A DNA stretch of 64,000 nt from NCBI GenBank assembly GCA_964445765.1, contig CAYULD010000004.1, positions 83,296 through 147,295 of the forward strand. Reading direction: 5' to 3'. A program made the position numbers and the translations under genes. A model generated the notes under the pieces. That model saw only the letters and a list, made by a program, of their open reading frames with translations, did no database searches and was not told where the DNA came from. Source of the DNA: an uncultured Rickettsiales bacterium (GTDB lineage Bacteria; Pseudomonadota; Alphaproteobacteria; Rickettsiales; UBA8987). Every line of letters starts with the position of its first letter. The first letter of the stretch is position 1. Positions 18,065 through 27,851 of the stretch are shown here, piece after piece.

Positions 18065-20149
18065 TTACGCAACTTTTGCTTTTACTTCCTCAGCAATAGC
18101 ATTTGGAACTTGTGCATAATGAGCAAATTCCATAGTAAATTGTGCTCTACCTTGAGATAAAGAACGAAGCTGAGAAACATAACCAAACATTGATGCAAGC
18201 GGAACTTTTGCATTAATAACTTTAGCATTTCCTCTATCATCCATTGAGTTAATTTGCCCACGACGAGAGTTAAGATCGCCGATTACATCACCCATATAAT
18301 CTTCAGGGGTTACAACTTCAACTTTCATTATTGGCTCAAGAAGAACTGGCCCCGCTTTTTCCATCGCCTCACGGAATGCCGCACGAGCTGCAATTTCAAA
18401 CGCTAATGCACTAGAGTCAACATCGTGATAAGCACCATCATTTAGTGTAACTTGAAAATCAATTGTAGGGTAGCCTGCAATTACGCCAGTTGTAGAAGCT
18501 GATTGAATACCTTTATCAACAGCTGGAATATATTCACGAGGAACATTACCGCCCGTTACTTCATTAATGAATTCATAGCCTGTTCCAGCCTCTTTTGGTT
18601 CAAAAATAACATTGATTTTAGCAAATTGACCAGCACCGCCAGATTGTTTTTTGTGAGTATAAGTAAGCTCATATCTTTTAGTGATAGTCTCACGATATGC
18701 AACTTGAGGTGCACCAATATTAGCCTCAACATTAAATTCGCGTTTCATTCTATCAACGATAATTTCCAAGTGAAGTTCACCCATACCTTTTAAGATAGTT
18801 TGGCCAGTTTCTTCATTAGATGTAACCCTTAAAGATGGATCTTCCGCAACTAATCTTCCAATAGCAATACCCATTTTTTCTTGGTCTGCTTTTGTTTTTG
18901 GCTCAACAGCAATTTCAATTACTGGCTCTGGGAAATCCATTCTTTCTAAGATAATTGGCTTCGCAGGATCGCATAAAGTATCACCAGTTGTAGTATCTTT
19001 TAAGCCAGCAACCGCAACAATATCACCTGCAACCGCTGATTTGATATCTTCACGGTTATTTGCGTGCATTAATAACATACGGCCTATACGCTCTTTCTTA
19101 TCTTTAACAGAGTTAAGAAGTGCATCACCCGAGTTAAGTGTGCCAGAGTAAATACGAATAAATGTTAAAGAGCCAACGAATGGATCATTCATAATTTTGA
19201 ATGCTAATGCAGAAAAAGGCTCTTTTTCATTTGCTTTACGGCTCATAGCTTCATCAGGGTTATTAACTGAACAACCTTGAACATCAGGAATATCAATAGG
19301 TGATGGCAGATAATCAACAACGCCATCAAGAAGCAACTGAACACCTTTATTTTTGAATGCAGAGCCAGTAAAAATTGGAACGAATTTCAAGGCAATAGTT
19401 CCTTTACGGATTGCTTTTTTGAGTTCTTCTTCTGAAATTTCTTTGCCTTCAAGATATTTTTCCATAAGGGCATCTTCAACTTCAACTGCGGTTTCAACAA
19501 GTTTTTCACGATATTCTTTCGCTTGTTCTTGCAAATCCGCAGGGATTTCAACATATTCAAACTTCGCACCTAATTCATCACCTTTCCAAACAACACCTTT
19601 CATTTTAATTAAATCAACAACGCCTTGTAAATCAGCTTCAGCACCAATTGGAAGTTGCATAACTAGAGGTGTTGCACCAAGCCTTTCCTTAATCATTTCA
19701 ACGCAACGGAAGAAATTAGCCCCAGTTCTATCAAGTTTATTAACAAAACACATACGAGGAACACCATATTTATCAGCTTGCCTCCATACTGTTTCAGATT
19801 GTGGCTCTACACCTGCAACGCCATCAAATACTGTTACGGCACCATCTAAAACCCTAAGAGAACGCTCAACTTCAATAGTAAAATCTACGTGGCCGGGGGT
19901 ATCAATAATGTTAATTCTATGATTATTCCAAAAGCAAGTTGTTGCGGCAGAAGTGATTGTAATTCCACGCTCTTTTTCTTGCTCCATCCAGTCCATTGTT
20001 GCTGCACCTTCATGAACTTCACCGATTTTATGAGATTTACCAGTGTAATATAAAATACGCTCTGTAGTGGTTGTTTTACCGGCATCAATGTGCGCGCAAA
20101 TGCCTATATTGCGATATTTTTCAATGGGGTATTTCTGACCTGCTGACAT
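18065..20149 (-). CDS. fusA: Translation elongation factor G
   Basis: [28 protein letters not shown] and full-length collinearity with EF-G (694 aa). Confidence 0.97.
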   Translation of the reverse strand: MSAGQKYPIEKYRNIGICAHIDAGKTTTTERILYYTGKSHKIGEVHEGAATMDWMEQEKERGITITSAATTCFWNNHRINIIDTPGHVDFTIEVERSLRVLDGAVTVFDGVAGVEPQSETVWRQADKYGVPRMCFVNKLDRTGANFFRCVEMIKERLGATPLVMQLPIGAEADLQGVVDLIKMKGVVWKGDELGAKFEYVEIPADLQEQAKEYREKLVETAVEVEDALMEKYLEGKEISEEELKKAIRKGTIALKFVPIFTGSAFKNKGVQLLLDGVVDYLPSPIDIPDVQGCSVNNPDEAMSRKANEKEPFSALAFKIMNDPFVGSLTFIRIYSGTLNSGDALLNSVKDKKERIGRMLLMHANNREDIKSAVAGDIVAVAGLKDTTTGDTLCDPAKPIILERMDFPEPVIEIAVEPKTKADQEKMGIAIGRLVAEDPSLRVTSNEETGQTILKGMGELHLEIIVDRMKREFNVEANIGAPQVAYRETITKRYELTYTHKKQSGGAGQFAKINVIFEPKEAGTGYEFINEVTGGNVPREYIPAVDKGIQSASTTGVIAGYPTIDFQVTLNDGAYHDVDSSALAFEIAARAAFREAMEKAGPVLLEPIMKVEVVTPEDYMGDVIGDLNSRRGQINSMDDRGNAKVINAKVPLASMFGYVSQLRSLSQGRAQFTMEFAHYAQVPNAIAEEVKAKVA

Positions 20150-20285
20150 ATTAATTAATTTTAGTTGTTTATTGTAAAAATGATAATTTGAGGCTTGAAA
20201 TTTGCTAAACCTGAAATTTAAGGTTGGCTTAATGCAAAAGAATTATAATTGCAAGAAATTTGTTTGAGTTTTGTATTTAATGCTT

Positions 20286-20314
20286 AACATCTGGGTAAAA
20301 TTTACCCAGATGTT
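20286..20314 (-). terminator. Hairpin downstream of the 1517-aa gene (possible terminator)
   Basis: A 14-bp stem, AACATCTGGGTAAA / TTTACCCAGATGTT, sits 23 nt after the stop. No strong T-run follows on the minus strand. Confidence 0.45.
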
Positions 20315-20336
20315 TAACGGGGAATAAATCTAAATT

Positions 20337-23300
20337 TTAAAAGCTAAATGAGTCCACTTGATTTAGTGGGTCAACTTGATTTGAATCAGCTTGATTTAGT
20401 GTGTCGCTATTTATTTCTATAAATTCAACAGGGGCAATTGAGCTAGCAATTAAGTCGCCATCTACTAAAATTGAATACTCATTATAATCAGAATTGATAA
20501 TATTTGGTGCAAGTTCAATATTTTCAACCTCGGAAACTAAATTTGTAAGTTCTGTTACCTTTGCATTAATAATTTTTTCAAGTGGGCCAGTGATATTTCC
20601 AATTAAACTCTTACTTAAAAACTTACCTAAAGATTCATTGATGTCCGCAACAGATTCAGATAATTTTTCTATTTGATCTGTTAAAACGGTTATTTTTTTA
20701 AAAGCGTCATCAATATCAAAAGGTTTTTTTGGTAAACCTTCTCCAATGATTTTAACTTCGAAAGATTTTTCTAATTTAGCACCTGCAATAGGCTCTGATC
20801 CTTGATATGCTTCAATGTATTTTTTAAAAGAAAGTTCTAGATTATCCCCCTTTGCTAAATTTTTAGTAACATAATCTAATGCTTCTTGATTTTTAAGCAT
20901 AATTTGTATTCCTATTTCTCCACCCTCAGCATTTTCTATGCCTTTCCAATCAAAGAGTTCTTCAAAGTTTTTGCCATTTAACCCTTTTAATATAGGTTGG
21001 TCTTTCATTCCAATATTTGCATTGTCGCTATTATGGTCAAAGATAATGGTGGCAAGTGGTTGAGATAAGCTCAGGTGACTTTCTTTAATTTCAACTTTTT
21101 CAGTGCCATTTTCATTGTTTGAATTTAACATCTGTAAAGTTAGAGAAATATCGTTTGTAGATTGAGCTAAAACATCATCACTTGCAGGTGCAGTTACTGG
21201 TACAGAAGTTTGATTTGAGCTTGAAGCTGTCGCTGATGTTTGCTTAGCAGGTGCAGTTAGTGCATCATCACTTGCAGGTGTAGCTACGGAATTATTACTT
21301 TGATCTGCATCAAAAACATATAATCCACTATCATTATTAATATTTGCACTTAAAACTGATGCATCTGTTCCGTTTCCATTTCCTGAGTTGCTTACTGGTC
21401 CTTTTGAAAAAGATGAATACCAAACGAAGCCATCTTTCAAATTATTAGAGCCGTATGAACCTTCATATGGTATTTTTGTAATTAAGAAGTCATTTGATCC
21501 AATTAATTGATTGAGCTTATTTTGACCCGTGGCCGTTATACCCATAAAGCCAGTTCCATCGGGTGCAACTCCTGCTAAAATATCCGTTCCAACCAAAAGT
21601 GACCCAACATTTTGCCCTTGTGTTGTATAAAGTTCAATAGTTTGGGCATTTATTTTGAAAGTATTAAAAGTTTGATTAGTGCCAGTTACAAACTGAGTTA
21701 TTGCCTGTTGAGGGTTAACTTTAGAAATATCAAAATTATAAAAGGCATTCGTATCGTTTAGTGCTAAATTTCTAAAACCAAGCACATCCTTGTTATAATT
21801 ACCAACTAGTTTAGTGGTGTCAGCTGTGTCTTGATCTCCTTCATCAATGCTGGCCTTTTCTTGCCAAGCATCCATAGGTTTTCTATTCATATCATAAAGA
21901 TCTTTGATAACATTTGGTGGTGTTGGTGTAGGAGATATGCTGTTGCCACCCCCATTATTATTTCCACCGCCTGTATTGCCACCAATTGTAGAATTAGTAA
22001 AAGCTACAATAAAATTGTTATTATCAGAACCTAAAGAATTTAAAAAACTATTTCCTGAGAGCTGACCAAAAACTGGGTTATTACCAGCTTGTTGCATTAA
22101 ACCGCTTAGTAAGCTGTATCCTGCTGGCGTTAAAAATACATTTATAACTCCGTTATTAGCTACATTAAAATCAAGATGTGTTCCTGCTTTTAAGGAAATT
22201 GATAGGTTTGGATTTCCAAAAACACTCAAATTTAGATCTCCTAATATAGCAAAGCCATTTGTGATACTTGGATCTTTTGGTGTTGCAACAATTAGAGGTG
22301 AATTTGCACTTATTGCTGAGAAACTAAATTGATTATTAACAGTTAAGTTGCTAGGGAAAGTAAAAGTATAGCTGTCTACATCATTACTACCCGCGGGGCC
22401 TGATGGGTCAAATGACATCAATGTAGGATTGCCGGGGGTTTTGCCAACAGTTAATGAGCCACCATTGTTATTTCCGCCAACTAATTGAGAGTTTGCATTG
22501 GCAGATGTGCCAGTGCTATTATTAATTGGTACTGCCGTAGATAAGTTTGAGGAAGAGCTTGAATTCAGGTTATTGTTACTGGTTCCCAAGTTATTTGATA
22601 TTGAGCTATTATTTGTGCTAGTTGACAAGTTATTTTGTGTATTAATTTGGCTTTGTTGCATAGCATTTGTTAAGCTTCCCATATTAAATAATCCAGAGCT
22701 TACTGAGTTAGAACTTCCCGAGTTAGAAAGATTATTATTTATTGGAGTTGAAGAAATTGGGTTGCTCTGTTGCATTCCAATATTCGCCATATTGCTTTGA
22801 TCAATATCAGTAGTTACTGGGTTAATACTAACTGAATCTAGGGAGTTATTGTTTGCATTGCTACTATCTGATAATGAGGTGCTTTTTGTGATTGGAACTG
22901 ATAATTGGAAGTAATCAACATCACCTTTTGCATTTACGAATCCAACTGCGTTTTTAGCATTTATTGTTATGTTTTGTTGAAATTGTGATGGAATGTTTTT
23001 GATTAAATTTACACCAGCTTGGGTTAAAGAAAGTTGACCGTTAGAAACAACATAATGCGTATTGAGTTGTAATTGAAGGGTTACAACGCTTGTTCCTACG
23101 GTTTGGTAAGAAACATCTAGTTTTCCTAAAATTGGATTCTGATTAACGCCCGTTGAGCCTGAAAAGTAAACTAGAGGTTGATTTGCTGATAAATTTGTAA
23201 TATCAATTGCTTGTTTATTGCTTGTTAATATAGAGGGGTTTAGGCTTGCTTTAATTAAATCAACATCGTTATTACTAGAATCGGTTATAAGGTTAGGTTG

Positions 23301-24890
23301 TTGAACTAATGAGGTGTTATTTTGTGAAGTGTTGCTAGAATTTGTGTTTGAGCTTAATGATGTATTATCATTAGAACTAGATTGTTGGCTTGAATTTGTT
23401 CCAGATGTATCATTTGTATTTCCAGAGGAGCCACCATTGACACCAGATTGTTGACCGTTTGATTGGTTTGAACTGCCAGCTGATGAAGTTATATCATCAA
23501 GAATTTGTTGAATTTGATCGTATGTTTTGCCAGTCGCATTAGCAATTGATAATAGATCTAAATGATTATTAAATAAGTATCCAAATACTTCCTGCTCTGT
23601 TTCAGCATTCATTAATTCTTTCAATTCTTGAATTGAACTTATCAAATTATAGTTAACACCATTAAGCTCATTAGGAGGTAAAAAATTGCCTCCGATTTTT
23701 AAAATCCCATAATATGGTATCCATATAGCTCCCTTTGATTTAATTTCTTCTTGAATATGAAAAAATGGAACTCCGTGATTGGATATTACTGAGCTAAGAA
23801 TTTCTTTTGCAAGATCTTGATCGCTTAATTGTGCTAATAAGTATTCACCTAAGTGAGCAGAAAGCCCGCTTCCGAAATCATAATCAACTTTTTTTCCAGC
23901 AAAATTTGCTGTACCAGATGTGTAGGCGTTTATACCTTGCCACACTCTATCACCTAGTGCAACAGCCGCATTATCTAATCCAGAATTTTCAACATCCCTG
24001 TATGTTTCGCATCCATTGCTAAGATCTGTTTCAATTTCCATTAAAAATTTTCCTAGTGGTGGCCTTTCTCTGTTTGACTCATAAATTGTAAAATTAAAAC
24101 TTACTAGGCTTGCTCCATTACCATTAATATTATCTGTAATTCCTCCTATTATAGAAGCACCATTTTGTGTTAAATTAATTGATACTTCTGTTCCGGTGTC
24201 CACTATAAGATAATCCTGATTTATTTTCATAGTGTAATTTACAGAGCCTTTTGTAACTGTAATGTTTCCAAAAACTCCAATATCCAATCCATTTAATGAA
24301 GTAAATTTAACTATTGTATCTCCTTGTTTTAAAAATTCTACTGCGTGTAACTTAGGGCTTAATTCTACGCCTAGCTGATCATTTCCTCCAGATGCATCAA
24401 TAGGGTTTGCTTGATTCAGAATATCTTCGGTGGTTAAAAATTCAGCGTTTCTATATACATTTTGTTCAGCAATTATTGTGTTACTAGAACCTTGAGTTAC
24501 ATATACTCCAAAATCAAAACTTATATCATTATTAAGAAGTCCTGCGGTTTCTGCAATTATCATTAACGATTTTGTTGCTTGCGTTGTTAAAGCATAATTT
24601 CCTGATTGTGTAGGAATAATAGGGTTGCTAGGAAATGAAAAATTATTTGGGAGACTAATACCCTGAGATGATAATTGTGCTAATATTGTGGAAGGAGAAG
24701 TTAAATCTAACGTTATTTCTGAGCTTCCATTTATAATTTTAATAGATTTTAGGGCTACTTTGTCTGTCAGACCTTTTCCCGTTACTTTAATAATGTCTAA
24801 AGGTTGAAATTGAGTGAATTGTGTTGCTGTCATTAAAGACTCAAAAAGATTTAATTGGTTCCCATTATTGTGCGTGATTAAAATTGTCAT
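20337..24890 (-). CDS. Giant low-complexity protein (1517 aa), probable secreted or surface protein without a signal peptide
   Basis: A 4.5-kb uninterrupted ORF in AT-rich DNA. It has N/S/T/G-rich linkers between beta-rich segments. A GGGGGA SD sits 3 nt before the ATG. No hydrophobic N-terminus. Confidence 0.8.
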   Translation of the reverse strand: MTILITHNNGNQLNLFESLMTATQFTQFQPLDIIKVTGKGLTDKVALKSIKIINGSSEITLDLTSPSTILAQLSSQGISLPNNFSFPSNPIIPTQSGNYALTTQATKSLMIIAETAGLLNNDISFDFGVYVTQGSSNTIIAEQNVYRNAEFLTTEDILNQANPIDASGGNDQLGVELSPKLHAVEFLKQGDTIVKFTSLNGLDIGVFGNITVTKGSVNYTMKINQDYLIVDTGTEVSINLTQNGASIIGGITDNINGNGASLVSFNFTIYESNRERPPLGKFLMEIETDLSNGCETYRDVENSGLDNAAVALGDRVWQGINAYTSGTANFAGKKVDYDFGSGLSAHLGEYLLAQLSDQDLAKEILSSVISNHGVPFFHIQEEIKSKGAIWIPYYGILKIGGNFLPPNELNGVNYNLISSIQELKELMNAETEQEVFGYLFNNHLDLLSIANATGKTYDQIQQILDDITSSAGSSNQSNGQQSGVNGGSSGNTNDTSGTNSSQQSSSNDNTSLSSNTNSSNTSQNNTSLVQQPNLITDSSNNDVDLIKASLNPSILTSNKQAIDITNLSANQPLVYFSGSTGVNQNPILGKLDVSYQTVGTSVVTLQLQLNTHYVVSNGQLSLTQAGVNLIKNIPSQFQQNITINAKNAVGFVNAKGDVDYFQLSVPITKSTSLSDSSNANNNSLDSVSINPVTTDIDQSNMANIGMQQSNPISSTPINNNLSNSGSSNSVSSGLFNMGSLTNAMQQSQINTQNNLSTSTNNSSISNNLGTSNNNLNSSSSSNLSTAVPINNSTGTSANANSQLVGGNNNGGSLTVGKTPGNPTLMSFDPSGPAGSNDVDSYTFTFPSNLTVNNQFSFSAISANSPLIVATPKDPSITNGFAILGDLNLSVFGNPNLSISLKAGTHLDFNVANNGVINVFLTPAGYSLLSGLMQQAGNNPVFGQLSGNSFLNSLGSDNNNFIVAFTNSTIGGNTGGGNNNGGGNSISPTPTPPNVIKDLYDMNRKPMDAWQEKASIDEGDQDTADTTKLVGNYNKDVLGFRNLALNDTNAFYNFDISKVNPQQAITQFVTGTNQTFNTFKINAQTIELYTTQGQNVGSLLVGTDILAGVAPDGTGFMGITATGQNKLNQLIGSNDFLITKIPYEGSYGSNNLKDGFVWYSSFSKGPVSNSGNGNGTDASVLSANINNDSGLYVFDADQSNNSVATPASDDALTAPAKQTSATASSSNQTSVPVTAPASDDVLAQSTNDISLTLQMLNSNNENGTEKVEIKESHLSLSQPLATIIFDHNSDNANIGMKDQPILKGLNGKNFEELFDWKGIENAEGGEIGIQIMLKNQEALDYVTKNLAKGDNLELSFKKYIEAYQGSEPIAGAKLEKSFEVKIIGEGLPKKPFDIDDAFKKITVLTDQIEKLSESVADINESLGKFLSKSLIGNITGPLEKIINAKVTELTNLVSEVENIELAPNIINSDYNEYSILVDGDLIASSIAPVEFIEINSDTLNQADSNQVDPLNQVDSFSF

Positions 24891-24944
24891 ATATCCCCCG
24901 ATAGAATAAAAATAAATTAGTTAAAATTTTATATTAATTTTTGT

Positions 24945-24993
24945 ATTATATATTAAAAATTAGTTAATATCAAGAAAATTAGTAAAATTTTAA
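24945..24993 (-). promoter_or_regulatory. Predicted sigma-70-type promoter of the 1517-aa gene, within a conserved block
   Basis: On the minus strand: -35 TTGATA (24973-24968), a 17-nt spacer, and -10 TATAAT (24950-24945). An upstream A/T 19-mer follows. The block recurs at 32392-32440. Confidence 0.55.
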
Positions 24994-25108
24994 CCGTTTC
25001 TTATTTGTATCTCTAACATATTGAAATCTAATAAAAATTGTATTTTTAAAAATTTATAATTAAAAGCTTGAATTCAAATTCAATATTGTTATTATAGTGT
25101 TTAACTAA

Positions 25109-25130
25109 GGTGGGCTTGCCCGCCTTTTTT
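25109..25130 (+). terminator. Terminator-like hairpin in the rimP-nusA leader (possible attenuator)
   Basis: GGTGGGC-TT-GCCCGCC followed by TTTTTT, 46 nt upstream of the rimP ATG. A candidate promoter lies just upstream: TTGAAT (25068-25073), a 16-nt spacer, then TATTAT (25090-25095). Confidence 0.5.
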
Positions 25131-25175
25131 GTTGCTTAAATTTATAACCTGTTTCACTTGAACAATTATATCTAA

Positions 25176-25679
25176 ATGATTGAAAATCAAATAAAAAACC
25201 TTCTGGAAGATGAATTGAAGGTGGCTGGATATAAGTTGGTTCAAGTTAAATTTGGGGCAATGGTTGGTAAAAATAAAGCATTGCAAATATTTGCTGAAAA
25301 GCTAGATTTCTCAACGCTTTCAGTGGGTGATTGCCAAAATATTAGCAGGTTAGCTTCTAATATTCTTGATGCTGAAGATATAATTAAAGATAAATATTTT
25401 TTAGAAGTTTCTTCCCCCGGTATTGATAGGGAGTTACTTGATTTAGAAGATTTTAAGCGTTTTGAAAATTTTATAATTAATCTTAAAACCAAACTCAAAA
25501 TTGATGAGTCTAGAAGGTTTAAGGGTAGGTATAAAATTTCCAATAATGATGGTGTGGAAGGGGTAAAAATTTTTTGTGATGATATTAAAAAAGAGATTTT
25601 TGTTGATTTTAACAATATAGATACAGCAAAAATTATCATCACAGATGCTTTGCTAAAATCTAAGGGCGTTATGAATTAA
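25176..25679 (+). CDS. rimP: Ribosome maturation factor RimP
   Basis: LEVSSPGIDREL motif, correct size, and position directly upstream of nusA. Confidence 0.9.
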   Translation: MIENQIKNLLEDELKVAGYKLVQVKFGAMVGKNKALQIFAEKLDFSTLSVGDCQNISRLASNILDAEDIIKDKYFLEVSSPGIDRELLDLEDFKRFENFIINLKTKLKIDESRRFKGRYKISNNDGVEGVKIFCDDIKKEIFVDFNNIDTAKIIITDALLKSKGVMN

Positions 25680-25736
25680 GCCTTCAGAAACAATAAGAAT
25701 TATAAAATAATTAAAGTTAAAATAAGGGGTTTTTTT

Positions 25737-27308
25737 ATGGCTAATGCTTCGTTCTCAATTACTGGTGGTTTGGAGATTATTCAAGTTGCTGAATCAGTTG
25801 CTAGAGAAAAAAATCTTAAAAGAGATATTGTAATTTCAGCTTTGGAAGCTGCGGTAGTTTCGGTGGCTCGTAAAAAATATGGTCATGATTTAATTATAAA
25901 AGCTCAAATTTCTGAAAAAGATGGTTCAATTAAAATCTTTAGGGAGCTTCAAGTAGTTGAGGTAGCTGAAGATACTAACACACAAATTGAGCTTAAATTT
26001 GCTAAAAAGAAAAATCCAGATGCTGAAATTGGTGATGTTATAACGCAAGAGCTTCCGCCTATTGATTTTGGCAGGGTTGCAGGGCAAACTTTTAAACAAG
26101 TTTTAATGCAAAAAATTCGTGATGCTGAAAGAGAGCGTGAATTTGATGAATTCAAGGATAGAGTTGGTGAAATTGCCTCTGGCACTGTTGAAAGAATTGA
26201 AAATAATGGGGATTTAGTAATTAATTTTGGTAAAACTGAAACTGTTCTTCCTAAAAATGAACTAATACCTAGAGAAAACTATCGCAAAGGTGATAGAATT
26301 AGAGCATTTATTAGTGATGTTAGAAGGGAAAGAAAGGGGCCACAAATCTTCCTTTCTAGAAGGTCAAATGAGTTTTTGGCGGCGTTATTTACGCAAGAAG
26401 TGCCTGAAATTTATGATGGCATAGTTAAAATTGCTGCGGTTGCGCGTGATTCTGGCTCTCGTGCTAAGATTGCAGTTTATTCAGAAGATTCATCTATTGA
26501 TGCGGTTGGCTCTTGCATAGGCCCTAGAGGTAGCAGGGTAACTTCAGTTTATAATGAGCTTCAAGGTGAAAAAATTGATATTATTGAATGGTCTAATGAT
26601 CTTGCAACGCTTGCGGTTAATGCTATTGGCTCAAAAACTAAGGATTCAGTTGTTGAAGTTGTAAAAATTGTTATTGATGAAGATAATCATAAAATTATTG
26701 CAGTTGTTCCTGATGAAAATCTCTCAATCGCAATCGGCAGAAGGGGGCAGAATGTTCGCCTAGCTTCTGAGTTAATTGGCTGGAATATTGATATTATATC
26801 TGAAAGTGATGATGCAACTCGTTCAGTTGAAGAGTTTAATAGGCTTACAAAATTATTCTCTGAAAATCTTAATGTTGAAGAAGTTATTGGTCAATTACTA
26901 GCTTCTGAAGGCTTCACTAATATTGAAGAAGTTGCCTATGTTGATAGAGATGAACTTATGAGCATAGAAGGTTTTGAGGAAGAATTGGTTGATGAGCTTC
27001 AAAAGCGTGCGAAAGAATATATGGCTAATAACCCTAAGGAAGAGGTTTTAACACCTAATGCCAACCAAAAGCAATCAAGAAATAACAAGAAGGGCTTGCT
27101 TGGTATTAATGGCGTTACAGCAGAAATTGCTGCACTTTTAATCAAAAAAGGCGTTAGAGAAGTTGAAGATTTAGCTGAGCTAGATTCTGATGAATTGCTT
27201 GCAATTACTGAGCAAGAGGGAGTTGATAGAACGCTTGCAAATTCAATGATTATGGAAGCTAGAAGAAAACTCGGCTGGTTCAAGGAAGATAAAAGAAAAG
27301 CAGTTTAG
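25737..27308 (+). CDS. nusA: Transcription termination/antitermination factor NusA
   Basis: The N-terminal domain, S1, two KH domains (GRRGQNVRLASELIGWNIDI) and the C-terminal acidic repeats are all present. Confidence 0.97.
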   Translation: MANASFSITGGLEIIQVAESVAREKNLKRDIVISALEAAVVSVARKKYGHDLIIKAQISEKDGSIKIFRELQVVEVAEDTNTQIELKFAKKKNPDAEIGDVITQELPPIDFGRVAGQTFKQVLMQKIRDAEREREFDEFKDRVGEIASGTVERIENNGDLVINFGKTETVLPKNELIPRENYRKGDRIRAFISDVRRERKGPQIFLSRRSNEFLAALFTQEVPEIYDGIVKIAAVARDSGSRAKIAVYSEDSSIDAVGSCIGPRGSRVTSVYNELQGEKIDIIEWSNDLATLAVNAIGSKTKDSVVEVVKIVIDEDNHKIIAVVPDENLSIAIGRRGQNVRLASELIGWNIDIISESDDATRSVEEFNRLTKLFSENLNVEEVIGQLLASEGFTNIEEVAYVDRDELMSIEGFEEELVDELQKRAKEYMANNPKEEVLTPNANQKQSRNNKKGLLGINGVTAEIAALLIKKGVREVEDLAELDSDELLAITEQEGVDRTLANSMIMEARRKLGWFKEDKRKAV

Positions 27309-27418
27309 GTGCTCTTAGTAAATTTATAAAACTTTGCTAAATTTACCTAGTATAATTTAGTTTTTTTGGCTTGCGAATAATAAAAAAATAAATAGATATA
27401 ATTTTCTTGTTCTTTTAT

Positions 27419-27495
27419 GACTCCGTAGCTCAGCAGGATAGAGCAACAGCCTTCTAAGCTGTGGGTCAGAGGTTCGAATCCTCTCGGAGTCGCCA
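27419..27495 (+). tRNA. tRNA-Arg (anticodon UCU), CCA encoded
   Basis: Hand-folded cloverleaf. Acceptor GACTCCG/CGGAGTC, D arm GCTC/GAGC, anticodon stem ACAGC/GCTGT with loop CTTCTAA, T arm AGAGG-TTCGAAT-CCTCT, discriminator G, then CCA. Confidence 0.93.
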
Positions 27496-27592
27496 CATTT
27501 CAGATCATCTGTATAACTCAATAGGTTAGTTGGGTTGTTGCAAAATTTGATACACAAATCACCGAATTTTATAGTATTTTAGACTGATGCCT

Positions 27593-27656
27593 TTCATTTT
27601 GAGCGGCGAAACATCTAAGATTCTTCCACTTCGTTTCGCTCAAGGTGCAGGATGAT
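27593..27656. repeat. Degenerate copy of the GTCAT...ATGAC palindromic repeat family
   Basis: TTCATTTTGAGCGGCGAAACATCTAAGATTCTTCCACTTCG...GGATGAT aligns with the reverse complement of the element at 63894-63946. Confidence 0.7.
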
Positions 27657-27851
27657 ATATCATACCTAAACATAATTTAATGTATAAAACTATTTACGAA
27701 GTAGTAATTCTGGTCAGAAAGAAAGAATATTAGTAGTTTTACTAATTTCAGAGCAAGACATCTTAATCTAGGTATAAGACACTATAATTTAAGGCGAAAT
27801 TATGCAACGCTTCTACTAATTTGTCAACACGCCCTAAGCTCAGAAAGCTAA

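Noticed and set aside
19353-19922. 189-aa plus-strand ORF (and several smaller ones) inside fusA
   Set aside because: It is entirely antisense to a full-length, highly conserved EF-G gene. Its S/T/A/P-rich translation is typical of a shadow frame, and it has no start context.
22498-22800. 100-aa plus-strand ORF, and other short ORFs at 20494, 21831 and 23807, inside the giant gene
   Set aside because: All are antisense to the continuous 4.5-kb ORF and have low-complexity translations mirroring its Asn/Ser codons.
27357-27557. 66-aa minus-strand ORF
   Set aside because: It overlaps the well-folded tRNA-Arg(UCU) gene on the opposite strand, and its translation contains the tRNA complement.
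27661-27782. Possible additional MITE related to the 3491-3566 palindrome, based on the shared word ATACCTAAA / TAGGTAT
   Set aside because: Only a 7-9 nt word is shared, the arm orientation is reversed, and no extended inverted repeat could be traced by eye.
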